Assembly (NCBI RefSeq): GCF_020745735.1
Contig: NC_083418.1
Coordinates: 6,173,374-6,237,373 of the forward strand
Direction of reading: 5' to 3'
DNA from: Hemiscyllium ocellatum
Lineage: Eukaryota
Length of the DNA: 64,000 nt
A program made the position numbers and the translations under genes. The notes under the pieces were generated by a model. That model was not told the DNA's origin. It searched no databases and saw nothing but the letters and a program-made list of their open reading frames with translations. This document shows positions 51,040-62,689 of this stretch, piece by piece; the stretch's first letter is position 1; the number at the start of each line of letters is the position of its first letter.

Positions 51040-53480
51040 CACCTTATACAGCACAGGAAAAAGGCCCTTTGGTCCATCCAGTTCACAACTATCAATAACA
51101 GCCACCTAACTATTCCAGTCTCATGTGCCAGCACATGATCCATTGCCTTGTGTGACTTGCCCTTGCAAGGATGCATCTCATTACTTCATACTTATTATGA
51201 GGGGCTCAGTCTCTACATGTCTTATAGGTGCTGAGCTCCAGGCTAACACCACTCTCCGTTTGATTTTGTTTTCCCTGAGATCCACTTGGAACCTCCTGGC
51301 CTTACCTTCACCCTGTGCCCCTGAGGCATTGATGTCTCCATCAAGGGGAAAGGTTTCATCCAGTGTACCCTGTCTATGCCTAAAATAATTCTAAACATCA
51401 TGATAATCTTCTCCCTAATTCTCCTCTGCTCCAAGGAAAACCCCTGTGTATCTAATCTAGTTTCATAACTAAAACCCTCCAACCCAGGCAAGATCCTGAC
51501 AAATCCCATCGATACTGCCTTCAGTGTAATCACATTCCTTCGATAACATGCACACAACGCTTCCGTATGGCCTAACCAGTGTTCTATTAAGTGCCAGTAT
51601 CATCTCCCTACTCTTCATTGTCAATATCTAGGCTAATAAAAGCAAATGTGCGCTCACACTTTCTTAGTCTCTTTATCCAGAAGACACAATACTATAGGGG
51701 ATCGGTGGGTACATGCACCAAAGATCCTCAGGCCTTGCCAGGGTTCCACCATTCAAAACGTCATACCTCACAGATTCTTCTGCCGAATTACATCACCTTA
51801 CATTTATCCAGAATAATTCCCATTTGCAACTTCTCTTCATATACAACCAACCCTTTATATCCTCCTGCAATCTAAAGCCATAATGCTCATGACTTACCAA
51901 CATGACAATTTTCATTTCATCTGCAAATTCACTGGTTAATCCTCCTAAGTTTGAGTCTCAATCATTGGTATGTAAGAGAAATAGCAAGGAAATCAACACC
52001 AATCCCTACAGAACACCAGGAGACATAGATTTCCAGTCACGCAGATACCCAATGACTATTATCTCCTGCTCCCACCACTCAGCCAGTTCTAGATCCAATC
52101 TGTCAAATTAACTCGGATCCCATTGGCTCTGATTATTGCTATCATCTGGACATCAAGTTATCTCTCTGAAAACTACTATCAAATTGTTACACGTGACTTC
52201 CTTTCAATAAAACCGTGCTGAAAATTGTTGATTTATCTTCCAAATGAAGACTAATTTCACTTTTCAATAGTTTCCCTACCACTGAGACTAGCTTGACAGA
52301 TCTGTGTTTTCATTATTTATCCCTTCCTTTGTGCTGCGTAACAGTTGGCTGATCTACACTCACTTGGTACAACTGCTGTGGCCGGACAGTAATTCTAAAT
52401 TATTGTCAGCGACCCAACTATTTCATCCTTTGCATCGCTCAACTGCTTGGTATAACTTTTTATCTGCCCTGGAAATATAACCACTTTTCATTCAGCAAGA
52501 CAACACAGAACATCACATCATGTGCCCTAATTTCTGAAAGTACATCACAATACACCTCTATGATTTCTGTCCCCACATTGTCCGTCTTACTAGTGAACAC
52601 TGACACAACACATTCATTTTGACCACAACCTAATCCTCCGGCTCCACTCCTATAATAACACTTCATGGGCATTACTGTTTCCCGAATAATTCTTTTATTA
52701 TGAATGAGCCTGTAACTTTTAAATATATTTTCCTTTATGTTGACTGCTATTATTTTCTCATGGTCCCTTTTGCTCTTCTAATTCCTTTGTCTTTCAATCT
52801 CCCTCTTGCACGTTCTGTACTCCATACTAATTTCTATTGTTTGGAGATTTCAGTATAGACCGGAAGCCTCCCTTGTTTCTCTTTATCTCACCCTCCATGC
52901 CCTTTGGTGTCCAGAGCCCGCTACATTCTTAGTCCCATTCAGTGGCTTCTGGGAAATGTCCTCCCTATGATTTTCCTATCTCTTTCTTAAATGTGTCACA
53001 CTGCTCTGACTCAGATTTACCAATAAGTGTCAGCTTCCAGTTCACTCTGGTTAAGTCATTACCTGATCTAACTAAAATTGTCCTACCCCTTTTCCGAACT
53101 TTGGGCCAATTTCTATTCCTTTGCAGTACAATGGGAAATCCAACTGATTTACGATCACTGTCTGCAAAGTGCACCAACATTGATGTTTTACCAACTGGAT
53201 CGACTTCATTCCCTAAACTTAAGTTCAGGTTCACCCCTCTCTTGCAAGGTCTGGATTAAAATTCTCTGTATTAACACATGCTTTGTTAAAATATTCTCCT
53301 GGGGGCATTTCCAGAATTGTGCTCCCTCTAAACATTTGACACAATGAATATCCAAGCCTATGCTGAGGAAGTTAAAAACCTCTTTTCCCATTCCCCAATT
53401 TAAATTACATTTCTCTGAAATTTGCCCATGTATTTGCACTTGACCTTTTGGACCTATAGTAAGGTCTATCATGCTCTCTC
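51040..53480 (-). mobile_element. Cluster of degenerate CR1 LINE fragments in the CH1-CH2 intron
   Basis: Reverse-strand remnants such as RILPGLEGFSYETRLDT (ORF 51243-51557) and ENILTKHV/LIQRILIQTLQE-type segments. Boundaries are approximate. Confidence 0.65.
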
Positions 53481-54055
53481 AGTAGTTATGTTTGCTGTAC
53501 TGTTGTTTTGAAGTACTGTCCATTTGCCTTTGTTCGAGGAGGTATCCATGATTTCATTTCTCTTTACTGCCTAAAATACTTTGTCAGAATTGCGACAAAA
53601 ACAACATTCTGTACCGCACACACCCGCCCCCATCCTTTTCCATCTTTCCCTGTCTCGCCTGAAAGCACTAAATCCTGGAATATTGAATAGCCACTCCTTC
53701 CCGGCTCTCAATATGTCTCCGTTATAGCAACCGCATCATTTCCTCATTTATGCTGATAATTCATCGGCCCTGTTCATCAGACTCTGTCATCAAAACGAAT
53801 ACCATCCAACGTTGCTATCTTCCTTCAGATGTTACCGGCCTATAGTTTCTATGCCTCCTTGACTACCTTGCTGTGTCCTATAATTTTAGCCTTTCACATT
53901 GTCCTGATGATCTTTCTGTGTGGATCCCAGCTTTTCCAGCTCTCTGCACAATTATTATTCTTGTATCCATTAACCACAAGAAACCTTGATATATGAGAAC
54001 TGATTGTATTTGTTATGAAATTCATCAGATAATTTATGCGATGTGTTTCCTAAAG

Positions 54056-54359
54056 GTACAGGTCCTCTCCCATCAACTCTTCTCCTAACTGTGAGCTCAA
54101 GTGAAGAAATCGCAAGCGGCAAGTTTGCAACCGTTGTCTGTTCAATCATCGATTTCCATCCGAAGTCAATCTCCGTCAGTTGGTTGAAAAATGGCCGACA
54201 CTTGGATTCTGGCTTCTTCACGTCTCCCGTGTGTGAGGCGAACGGGAACTTCTCGGTGGCTGATGGTCCCTTATGGTGAATGGTACAACAGCGCAGTCTA
54301 TAACTGCCAGGTCACTCATGAAGAGAACATTCAAAGTAAAAACATTACCACACTCCAGG
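54056..54359 (+). pseudogene. IGHM: Cmu2 exon with frameshift at ~54259
   Basis: Frame 1 reads [47 protein letters not shown]...CEANGNFSV and stops at 54277-54279. Frame 2 resumes [33 protein letters not shown]. Donor GT at 54360. An alternative in-frame acceptor lies at 54062. Confidence 0.94.
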
Positions 54360-54729
54360 GTAAGAGACACATACTGAGAGAGCAACAAATCATTCTGAAC
54401 TCTGATGTGAATCAAACACACTAATTTATCAGGCGTAGTAAACAGCATGGTACAGCTTCTCGTTTCCCAACATGTCACGTATCTCATTTCAGTTTTGAGT
54501 GTTACATTAACATTGCTCACAATTCAACATTTTGGCAAGTCAGAAAAGCATGTTTCCTCTCTGTTGAAGATAGATATATAGACAGTGAGCTTTGTTAAAT
54601 ATTTTGTTGCCTGACCATGCTGGGAGAGGCATTCAGAGTGCTGAATCCTTGCCTGGTATCGGCTTCAAGGATAAGTTTGGGGATGGAGGGGGGATATTGG
54701 AGAGATATCTAATTGAAACATAAAAAATA

Positions 54730-55035
54730 CCGAGAGTCTGAGGTCAAGTGAACGTGGAATAGATGTTTTGACTGGTAGGCGAGACTAGGACCCAGTCTCA
54801 GGGTAAAAGGGGCACCGTTTAGAACTGAGATGGTGAGGAATTTCTTCAGCCAGAGGGTGATGAATCTGTCGAACTTGTTGCTGCAAAGGGCTGTGGAGAC
54901 CAGGCCATTGTGTATATTCAAGTCAGAAATAGATCAGCTCTTGTTTAGTGTGGGGAGAAGGCAGTAGAATGACTTTTGCCCGAAACGTCAATTTTCCTTC
55001 TCTTCGGATGCTGCCTGACCTGCTGTGCTTTTCCA
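54730..55035 (+). mobile_element. CR1 3' fragment followed by hairpin-family repeat tail
   Basis: AGAACTGAGATGGTGAGGAATTTCTTCAGCCAGAGGGTGATGAATCTG, then CCCGAAACGTC...GATGCTGCCTGACCTGCTGTGCTTTTCCAGCA. Confidence 0.7.
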
Positions 55036-56314
55036 GCATCATTCTGATCTAAACTCTGGATTGGCCGAACAGCCTTATTCTGATCCTCTATCTTATGATG
55101 ATGTGGTCTCAAAATGACGTGGTTAAAATATGCAGTGACCCTTACTTGAAAATAAATCAAAATGCGTTCATTGTTTCATTCCCTGATCAGGAATGACCTG
55201 CTGGCCTTGGACATTGTCCGACATTGATTTTTATCTGGTACTGAGCTCTTTAACTTCATTTATGGGATAAGACCACAGACCAAGTGGGTGTCACATTTGA
55301 TGAACTGGGATAAACGTGATCTCACTGAGCTTCTTTCAGATGCTGTCTGTAATTAGTGGATGATGTAGGAGAATAAATTCTGGTAAGAATGCTACAATAA
55401 GGATGAATGAACTAGGAACTTTAGACAGGCTGATTTAGCCTGGTTTGGGGTGGCGATGTTCACACGGTGGGTAGTGGATGTCTATAAAATTAGTGTACAT
55501 TTCCATCACGTTTGTAGATTAATTTAAGATGCTTTTGTTTGTTTTTTTTTCTCCCCTGCTCTATGAAGAAATTAAAAAATGCAGCTTGGTAAATAAAATG
55601 AAAGTACAGACCAGTCATGAACTAACTGAATGGAGGGAAAGACTTAAGGAGATGGGTAACCTTCTCGATATCCAATGCTGTACTCAGTGTCTTGTTTTCA
55701 GATCTACTCCAAACTCAGCCCACGAGGAACAATGACATAAATTAGAGAATGACGTCACACCAATAACGCAAAGTATTTTTGATCACGTTAAATATAATGA
55801 ACAGAATTTCCATGGATATTCACCGCTCCTATAACACTTTAGAACTCTGCAAAGAGAATAATTATTATTTATTATAATTTGTCCAAAATTTGTGATGTGA
55901 TTTGGCAGTCAGCGTGACCAGCAATAGTTGCACCTAAGGGTTATGAACATGGAATTGAACTCATTATATTCAGATTACTCTTGTCACAAGTATAAATAGA
56001 TCGTCTTAAGTGAGAGGCAAACTCTGAAAGAAAGGTAATTCCATGGTATCTTCGATGATTTTACTTTTTTTCACCCGTTTCCCTTGTTACAAAGCCAGTG
56101 TTCTTAAGGAATAATTACACAGGGTATGTCATAGGTAATCACAAATGCTTTTACAAATCAAAATACATCAACAATAGGAAGCATCGTTTCAGCAATGGTT
56201 GGAGTTGCCATTTTGAAGGTGGTGTCTTCACCCTGTGAAGAAGTAATCTGAAGATTGGGTGTTTGTATCATAAAGGGGCATTTTTCATTGACTTTGATTT
56301 TTGTTTCATAAAAG

Positions 56315-56616
56315 ATACGGCCACCCTAACACCGTTAAAATCCTCCCACCGCCAGTAGAACAAGTCTTACTGGAAGCGACGGTGACGCTGACCTGCGTTG
56401 TGTCCAATCTTCCTTCTGGAGTCAACGTGACCTGGAAACAAGAAAAGAAGCCTCTGAAATCAGAGATTGCTGACCAACCTGGACAGAATCCCAACAGCGT
56501 GATCAGCAAATTAGACATTTCTACTGAAGCCTGGCTGAGTGGCGTTACTTTTGAGTGTGTGGTGTACCATCAGAATCTACCGACTCCACTGAGAGACTCC
56601 GTCCACAAGGAGAAAG
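56315..56616 (+). pseudogene. IGHM: Cmu3 exon: ...[98 protein letters not shown]; acceptor appears out of phase
   Basis: C1-set domain in ORF 56301-56627. The acceptor AG at 56313-56314 gives phase 2 relative to the domain frame. Donor GT at 56617. Confidence 0.9.
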
Positions 56617-57054
56617 GTGAGCGGTGAGATTAAAACACAAAGGATCCCATGCGTAATCCAGATCCAGTTACATCAATGGCAGGCTTTGATTGGTAATGAA
56701 CAAACACCGTTGGGAGCATTAATGATGCATCTGAAGGCAGGATAGCTAAGTAGCTGATTAAGGAGAAGACTGACCAAAGGATATTCTATTCTGCTTAAGT
56801 CAGATAAGGTGGGAAGAAGCCTGGGTTGTGACGTCACCATCAGCAATGACAATTGGACAGAATGCCCTTATTGTGGGCTGGAAAAATGGAAGCAACTTTT
56901 ACATTAAACTTTATTTTACTGAACAGAATGTGTATTCCTTTAGAAAACGAAAGTGAATAAATCCCCAAAATGGTGTATTTTAATATTAAGTGAAATTGTG
57001 ATATTGGTTCAGGATTTTTTTGGTTGATTTATATTTGTCTCAAATATTCTGCAG

Positions 57055-57434
57055 TGATTAATCCCCTGGAGCCATCAGTGTCGGTCCTCCTGCCACCAAC
57101 AGAAGAACCCGCTCAGGGGTTTCTCTCCCTCACCTGTTTAGTGAGGGGTTTCTCCCCCTTTGTCATGTGGACAAACAATGACAAGCAGGTGAATCCCAGT
57201 AACTACAAGAACACCGAGGTAATGGCGGAGAGTGACAACACCTCCTTCTTCATCTACAGCCTGTTATCCATTACAGCGGAGGAGTGGGCCAGCAGTGCTT
57301 CTTATTCCTGTGTGGTGGGACATGAAGCGATTCCACTGAAGATCATCAACAGAACAGTCGATAAATCCAGCGGTAAACCGAGTTTCGTAAACATTTCACT
57401 TGCACTGATGGACACTGTTAACTCATGTCAATAA
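57055..57434 (+). CDS. IGHM: Cmu4 exon plus secretory tailpiece (...[24 protein letters not shown]), open frame
   Basis: AG at 57053-57054. [10 protein letters not shown] and [13 protein letters not shown] motifs. Internal membrane-form donor G/GTAAA at 57373. NIS sequon and penultimate Cys in the tailpiece. Confidence 0.96.
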
Positions 57435-57476
57435 AAATCTCAAAGTTGCATTTAATAATTCAACAGAAGTAATAAA
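57430..57476 (+). terminator. Secretory-form polyadenylation signals (AATAAA at 57430 overlapping the stop, and at 57471)
   Basis: Hexamers followed by T/GT-rich downstream sequence. Confidence 0.65.
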
Positions 57477-58589
57477 GTTTTTTTTTCTCCTGTTGTGAGT
57501 TAAATACTGAATTAGTTGTTTCTCGCTCTGACTTACATTGCATCTGTGTAGTTAAAGTGAATTATTAACAGGTCTAGGACGAATGTCTTGTGCAGTTAAT
57601 GTTCCCTGCTCAGATTCACCCTGTGTCAGAGACAGAGTAAAGCTTACTCATTGAAGGATTCTGCCAAGTACCTTATCCATCCTAAATCCCTCTGCGACAA
57701 AATCTGACAATGTCCATTTTATGTCAAGGGTAGAGCACGAGTTTTGAAGTTGGTGGTCTTGATTCCCCCGATTGGTCATTCTTACAAAATTCATGTCAGT
57801 TTTAAACTGCCACATTGCACCAATTGGAAATGTAAATTTAAGACACTAAAATTAAATTTGATTGGAACATACCAATCGTAAAGAGTACAGAGCTGTTTGA
57901 ATGTAACCTTTGCTTCTGGGAAACTGCCAGGGATCTTGTGCCAGCGCATGAGTTGACAGAAGTGAGATCACACCAAAGAGAATCGACAGATAAGTTGGTG
58001 TGGAGGAGAGGGGAGGGGAACGATGAATGGTCTGTTCTCTTGCTCCCTGTGAAGAGTTTTCATTGTAGATGTCCTCTGTAATGTAACCCCGTTACTAACA
58101 GGAACAGCAAGCTTTCTAAAAAGATTTAACATTTCCATGCAAAATAATACCTTTGAAGCATGTTGGACACACTTGGCTCTGTTAACAAATGATTAACATT
58201 GATTCCCATAATCCAAAACTGGTGTTTATATCGTCCCGGTTTGAATTCCATAGTTTTGTCTCAGTTTTCTGGAGCACATGGGATCAATTCTGGTATCGAA
58301 TACCTGATATCATTTTGTTTCACATACAGAACACAAGCAGACATTTTCTAATAAACATATTCAGAAATGTTATCTCTGGGGCAGTGGGGATTTGAACTCA
58401 CGCTTTTTCTCTCAGAGACAGAAAATCTATCACTGCAACAGAAGTAGTTGCTCATAAAACGCTTATCTCTCCATGACGATGGGAAATGTTTCCTACAACA
58501 CCAAGATCAGATCGAATTATGGGCAATCCATTAAAATCAGAACAATAAATTAGAATAATAAAAATTGCAGTCTGGTATAAGAACAGATA

Positions 58590-59640
58590 CAGAGAGCTGA
58601 TCACAATACACTCGTAATGACGCATATATAGGCTCTCACCTAAAGACACATATTTATGTGCACACTCAACTGTGCATATAGATAAGATGTCACACATGCA
58701 TACTCGCACAGAGCCACACATGCAAGTGGCACTTGAACACTCACCTAAGCTCATACACCGAAAGAAAATCATTTGCACAAATGAACAGGGGTATTCAAAA
58801 CCATGAGAAACAAAGACACACGGTAACACACAAATGGACATGAATACATATACATATATACAGCACAATGCAGGCAGACATACACGCATGAACACACAGA
58901 TACAAATTCCAAAAAATGTCCTCCCACATGTCAACTCACACAGGCACGTAGGTGCGCAGAGATAAACATTAATATCATTATTTTCCCATTTTCAGAATCA
59001 CAAACATACGATGACAGAGGCAGCTTAATTAGTTATTTTTAAACCACATTGATCAGCATTTGTACAATGTCACATGTACACACAAATTCAGAGTCTCACA
59101 TGCAGACACACAAGTGCATAGATTAATAAATAGAAGGGCGTTTATTAAATAAGGATAATGGGCACAAGCATCAGCAAGCATCCACAAACAATAACACAAA
59201 CAAGCTTCTCAGGAGATTGTTTGGGAAAGTTTGCCACACAAGCAGACATCGTCATATAAATATAAACATCCATCAAAACATGACGTTGCATGCTAACATT
59301 TATTAAGCATAAACATGAAAATAACGTAGTATAGGTAGGCTCTGAAACAGACACATAAGTACGCATTTTCGATAGCACTAATGAAAAGTGAACACTCACA
59401 AAGATATTACAAGATAAGCATAGGCAGAAACGAAGTGGCATATTAGCATGATGATGCTTACGCAATGTGAAAAGACCAAAACGTACGTACACAAACACAT
59501 GAACACACTGGCAGTAAAGGAACAGGAATATGTTTATTCATGCACAAACTCCAACATGGGCAAGAGTGAAGTAAGAGACGCTCATAACCACATACACAAA
59601 CCAAACACAACAAGCAGTAGATCAATTAAATTAAGGGACA
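58590..59640. repeat. Degenerate CA/ACAT-rich low-complexity tract in CH4-TM1 intron
   Basis: Dense ACAC/CACAT/ATAC words with no stable period. Confidence 0.55.
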
Positions 59641-60147
59641 CCTGTACAAAAACTTATTCCTAAATATACAGATCCTACAAACAAAAATATGAAGCAATGT
59701 CCTGACTGTGATATCAGTTATATTCACGATTTGCCAAGCATTTGGTCACCAATACATAAAGATGAGAATCACATTTGAACTTTTATTCAGTGATGGCCAC
59801 AATTTTCCACTAAAGTGCTGTCACAGCCTATATTTAAAATATAATGATATAATTAAAATAATCAATCGTACTAAGCAAATAACAATATCCTTAAATTATA
59901 GATTAAAAGAAAAATAATTTGAAATGTTTTGACATGGACAATGAAGAAAGAACATGTGCAGTTAGTAGTTGTAATTTCTTGTTGAGAGTCAATAATGCAC
60001 TAATAGGTACAGATAAGAGTCACACTTGAGAAATACCTGACTGCTTTATGAAGGTGTAATGGTCTCTAATGACATGACTTGGATGCAGATAGATCGATCT
60101 GGATCAATAAACGATCTGAATGCATTCTCTCGGCTTTATGTTCATAG

Positions 60148-60275
60148 ATTCAATAGATCGCACTTGGATTGAAGACTATAAGGATGATAGCAGCAACATC
60201 TGGACAACTGCTGCCACGTTCAACACCTTGTTCTTCCTAAGTATTTTCTACAGTGCTGCCGACACTCTGGTGAAG
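60148..60275 (+). CDS. IGHM: IgM TM1 exon (D)SIDRTWIEDYKDDSSNIWTTAATFNTLFFLSIFYSAADTLVK
   Basis: AG at 60146-60147 and GT at 60276. Acidic spacer, NIWTTA..F and LSIFYS CART-like motif. Confidence 0.93.
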
Positions 60276-60414
60276 GTGAGAATAATCACATCTTTCTCAC
60301 GCCAAGCAGCCCAATATGTTTTGTGAAATCTCTAAGTGTGCCATTGAATAAACACTAAAACTGAAAGACCCTGATCATAAATATCTGCGTCATTGCTTTA
60401 TTTCTCTTTTCCAG

Positions 60415-60453
60415 GTTAAGTTGTGGACCCCTTTGATTTTCCTGATCTGCTGA
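60415..60453 (+). CDS. IGHM: IgM TM2 exon VK, reading through to VKLWTPLIFLIC*
   Basis: Polypyrimidine acceptor TTTCTCTTTTCCAG, then GTT AAG TTG where a stop is expected. First stop is TGA at 60451-60453. Confidence 0.8.
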   Translation, partial: VKLWTPLIFLIC

Positions 60454-60842
60454 TCAAGGTCTCTGAATTTCCAATCTACAATCTGTCCTGTTGCTGACTC
60501 TAACAGTGAGATCACTTCAGTTTATCAGTGTGTAACTGAGACAATTATTGATGGATTTTCGTTTTTCCTGTGATACCTTTAAAATGGTTGTGGTTGGAAG
60601 AATGTGTAGCTTCCCTGTTGTTTGAAGCCCATTTGTTTTGTTTCTATTTGTTCCTTAGTCAGAATGGTTGCCTACCTTTTCTGATGAGCCTTTGTATTCA
60701 CTTTCTTGTAACTGTTACTGATGTACAGAAAATTCCCACCTCACAGCTCATGTGTTCGTCTCAATATGGCAACCAGCCATTATATTCACTTCTGTTAGCT
60801 TTTACATCAATTTTTCCGATAAAAATGCTTTCTGAAATGGTT

Positions 60843-60848
60843 AATAAA
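60843..60848 (+). terminator. Candidate membrane-form polyadenylation signal AATAAA
   Basis: First AATAAA I found downstream of TM2. Confidence 0.45.
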
Positions 60849-61480
60849 TCTCGAATGAATATGCACTAACCTTGAGTTTGCTTAATTCTTTCTTCAAGGC
60901 CCGTAAGTAATAATATATTTTCCCATATCCTACTCCTTTCCCAGCCAAATACTTTCACTTGTTCTGTTTGATTGTGTTTCATCCAATCATTTAGTTTAAT
61001 GCTGCGCTGCCATGCCACCCACTAATGTAAATGTATCTTTCACACGATATGCCTGATGGAACACTCCAGAGGCAGAATGATTAGAGAACATTTCCTCTTA
61101 TGCACCAAGGGTCACGGCCTCGGGTCACGTAATGATAAAAATTAGGAGATTTACTCCACCAGAAGCCTATAAAAGGCAGGCAAAGTAGTTTGAACGTTTA
61201 CTCTACACCGTCTAAACTAAATGTACTCCCAATGTCCGGACAGCCTGGGTTAGTAATGCATAAATCGCCACCAAAAACGCCCAACGAGACATTCATCAGC
61301 CAAAAATTTCAACGTTCAGTCAGGTAGTCAGACAACAACACATGCACAATCCAAGGGCGGATTCTCAGAACTGGAGTTTTTCTCACACATAAATCTCATG
61401 GAGCACAATTCCTGGGATCTATTTGACACACCACACCTGTCAAATCCCAGGGAATGAGATTGAGATCTATCTGATACAGG

Positions 61481-61766
61481 GATACTGCTGCCTCACAGCG
61501 CCTGTAGACCCGGGTTCAATTCCCGACTCAGGCGACTGACTGTGTGGAGTTTGCACGTTCTCCCCGTGTCTGCGTGGGTTTCCTCCGGGTGCTCCGGTTT
61601 CCTCCCACAGTCACAAAGATGTGCGGGTCAGGTGAATTGGCCAAGCTCAATTGTCCGTAGTGTTAGGTAGGGGGTAAGTGTAGGGGCATGGGTGGGTTGC
61701 GCTTCGGCGGGTCGGTGTGGACTTGTTGGGCCGAAGGGCCTGTTTCCACACTGTAAGTCTAATCTA
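61481..61766 (+). mobile_element. HE1-type SINE, 5'-truncated, well preserved
   Basis: CTGCTGCCTCACAGCGCC...GGGCCGAAGGGCCTGTTTCCACACTGTAAGTCTAATCTA, matching 31315-31620. Confidence 0.85.
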
Positions 61767-62689
61767 CTGAACAGTAACCCTCAAAAATAATAAATCAGAG
61801 GTCGATGTTGACCAGGCAAGGCAGAGCTCATGAGTACCTGAAATATTCAGCCATTTGGATCTATATGACGCAAGACGGAATTGAGAACCAATCATAGCAA
61901 CTGTTCACAGAGTCTATCAGCAGAGGAGGACATTCTCAATTTCTCAGAGTTGGTGAGGTATATCATCCAGGGAATAGTGTTGTGAATCAGTCACGCACCC
62001 AATCTCATAACTTCGCATTTTTTCAAAAACGTGGCACCTGAAACTAGATGCAATATTCCAGGTGAGACAATAGACTGTTTTATTTGAGTTTAATATAATT
62101 GCTTTGTGTTTGTTCTCTACAGCGTTATTGAGTATGTAGGGTTTAGTTGCTCTTCTGTCCATTCCCTGATTTGTGCACATACACACGGAGGATCCTCTGC
62201 TCCTTCAGCCCTTTGGGTTTACCCCCTCACTATTGTATGTTCCCCTGAGTTCATCACAAAACAAAGAAGCACGTCACACCTCCCTGAGACTGAGATCTAT
62301 CTGACACACCGATATTAATGAATAACAATCTTCAAAAATGATCAATCACAGGTTGATTTCAATCAGAGAAGGCAGAGATCAGATGTTCTGGAAACCCTGC
62401 TGCTTTCCATGTCCTTTCCTACAACCCCTCTGTCAAACTTGATGCTCTTAGCTGTTCTTCCAATGTCCTAACATTTTACCTCAAATTGATATTAATATTT
62501 TTCTGTAATTTTGCATGATAGACCAAAGCACAGGTTGGAAAAACAAGGACTCCAAACACTGAACTCTGAGATCGTACACAATAAGGCAATCTACATTCTG
62601 AAACAGCAAACACCCGTTAATAAATGGTTGATAATTACAAAACAGCGGGTGAGATTAACCTGAAGTCATCAAAATAGAAGGAAATTGGC

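Larger units (their letters stand above)
39019..60453 (+). pseudogene. IGHM: Shark-type immunoglobulin mu heavy-chain cluster (L-V-D1-D2-J-CH1-CH2-CH3-CH4/sec-TM1-TM2), germline-unjoined, multiply inactivated
   Basis: All segments are in canonical order with GT-AG boundaries and RSS spacers 23 / 12-22 / 12-12 / 23. The secretory tail is [20 protein letters not shown]. Lesions are listed under the individual segments. Confidence 0.93.

Noticed and set aside
58452-59663. Long Cys/Val-rich ORFs (58452-58934, 59145-59498, 59448-59663)
   Set aside because: These are translation artefacts of the CA/TG low-complexity tract.
39019-60453. IgW, IgNAR or germline-joined IgM1gj identity
   Set aside because: There are four CH exons including CH1 and CH2, a mu-type secretory tail and TM, a conventional VH, and unjoined V, D, D and J with RSSs.
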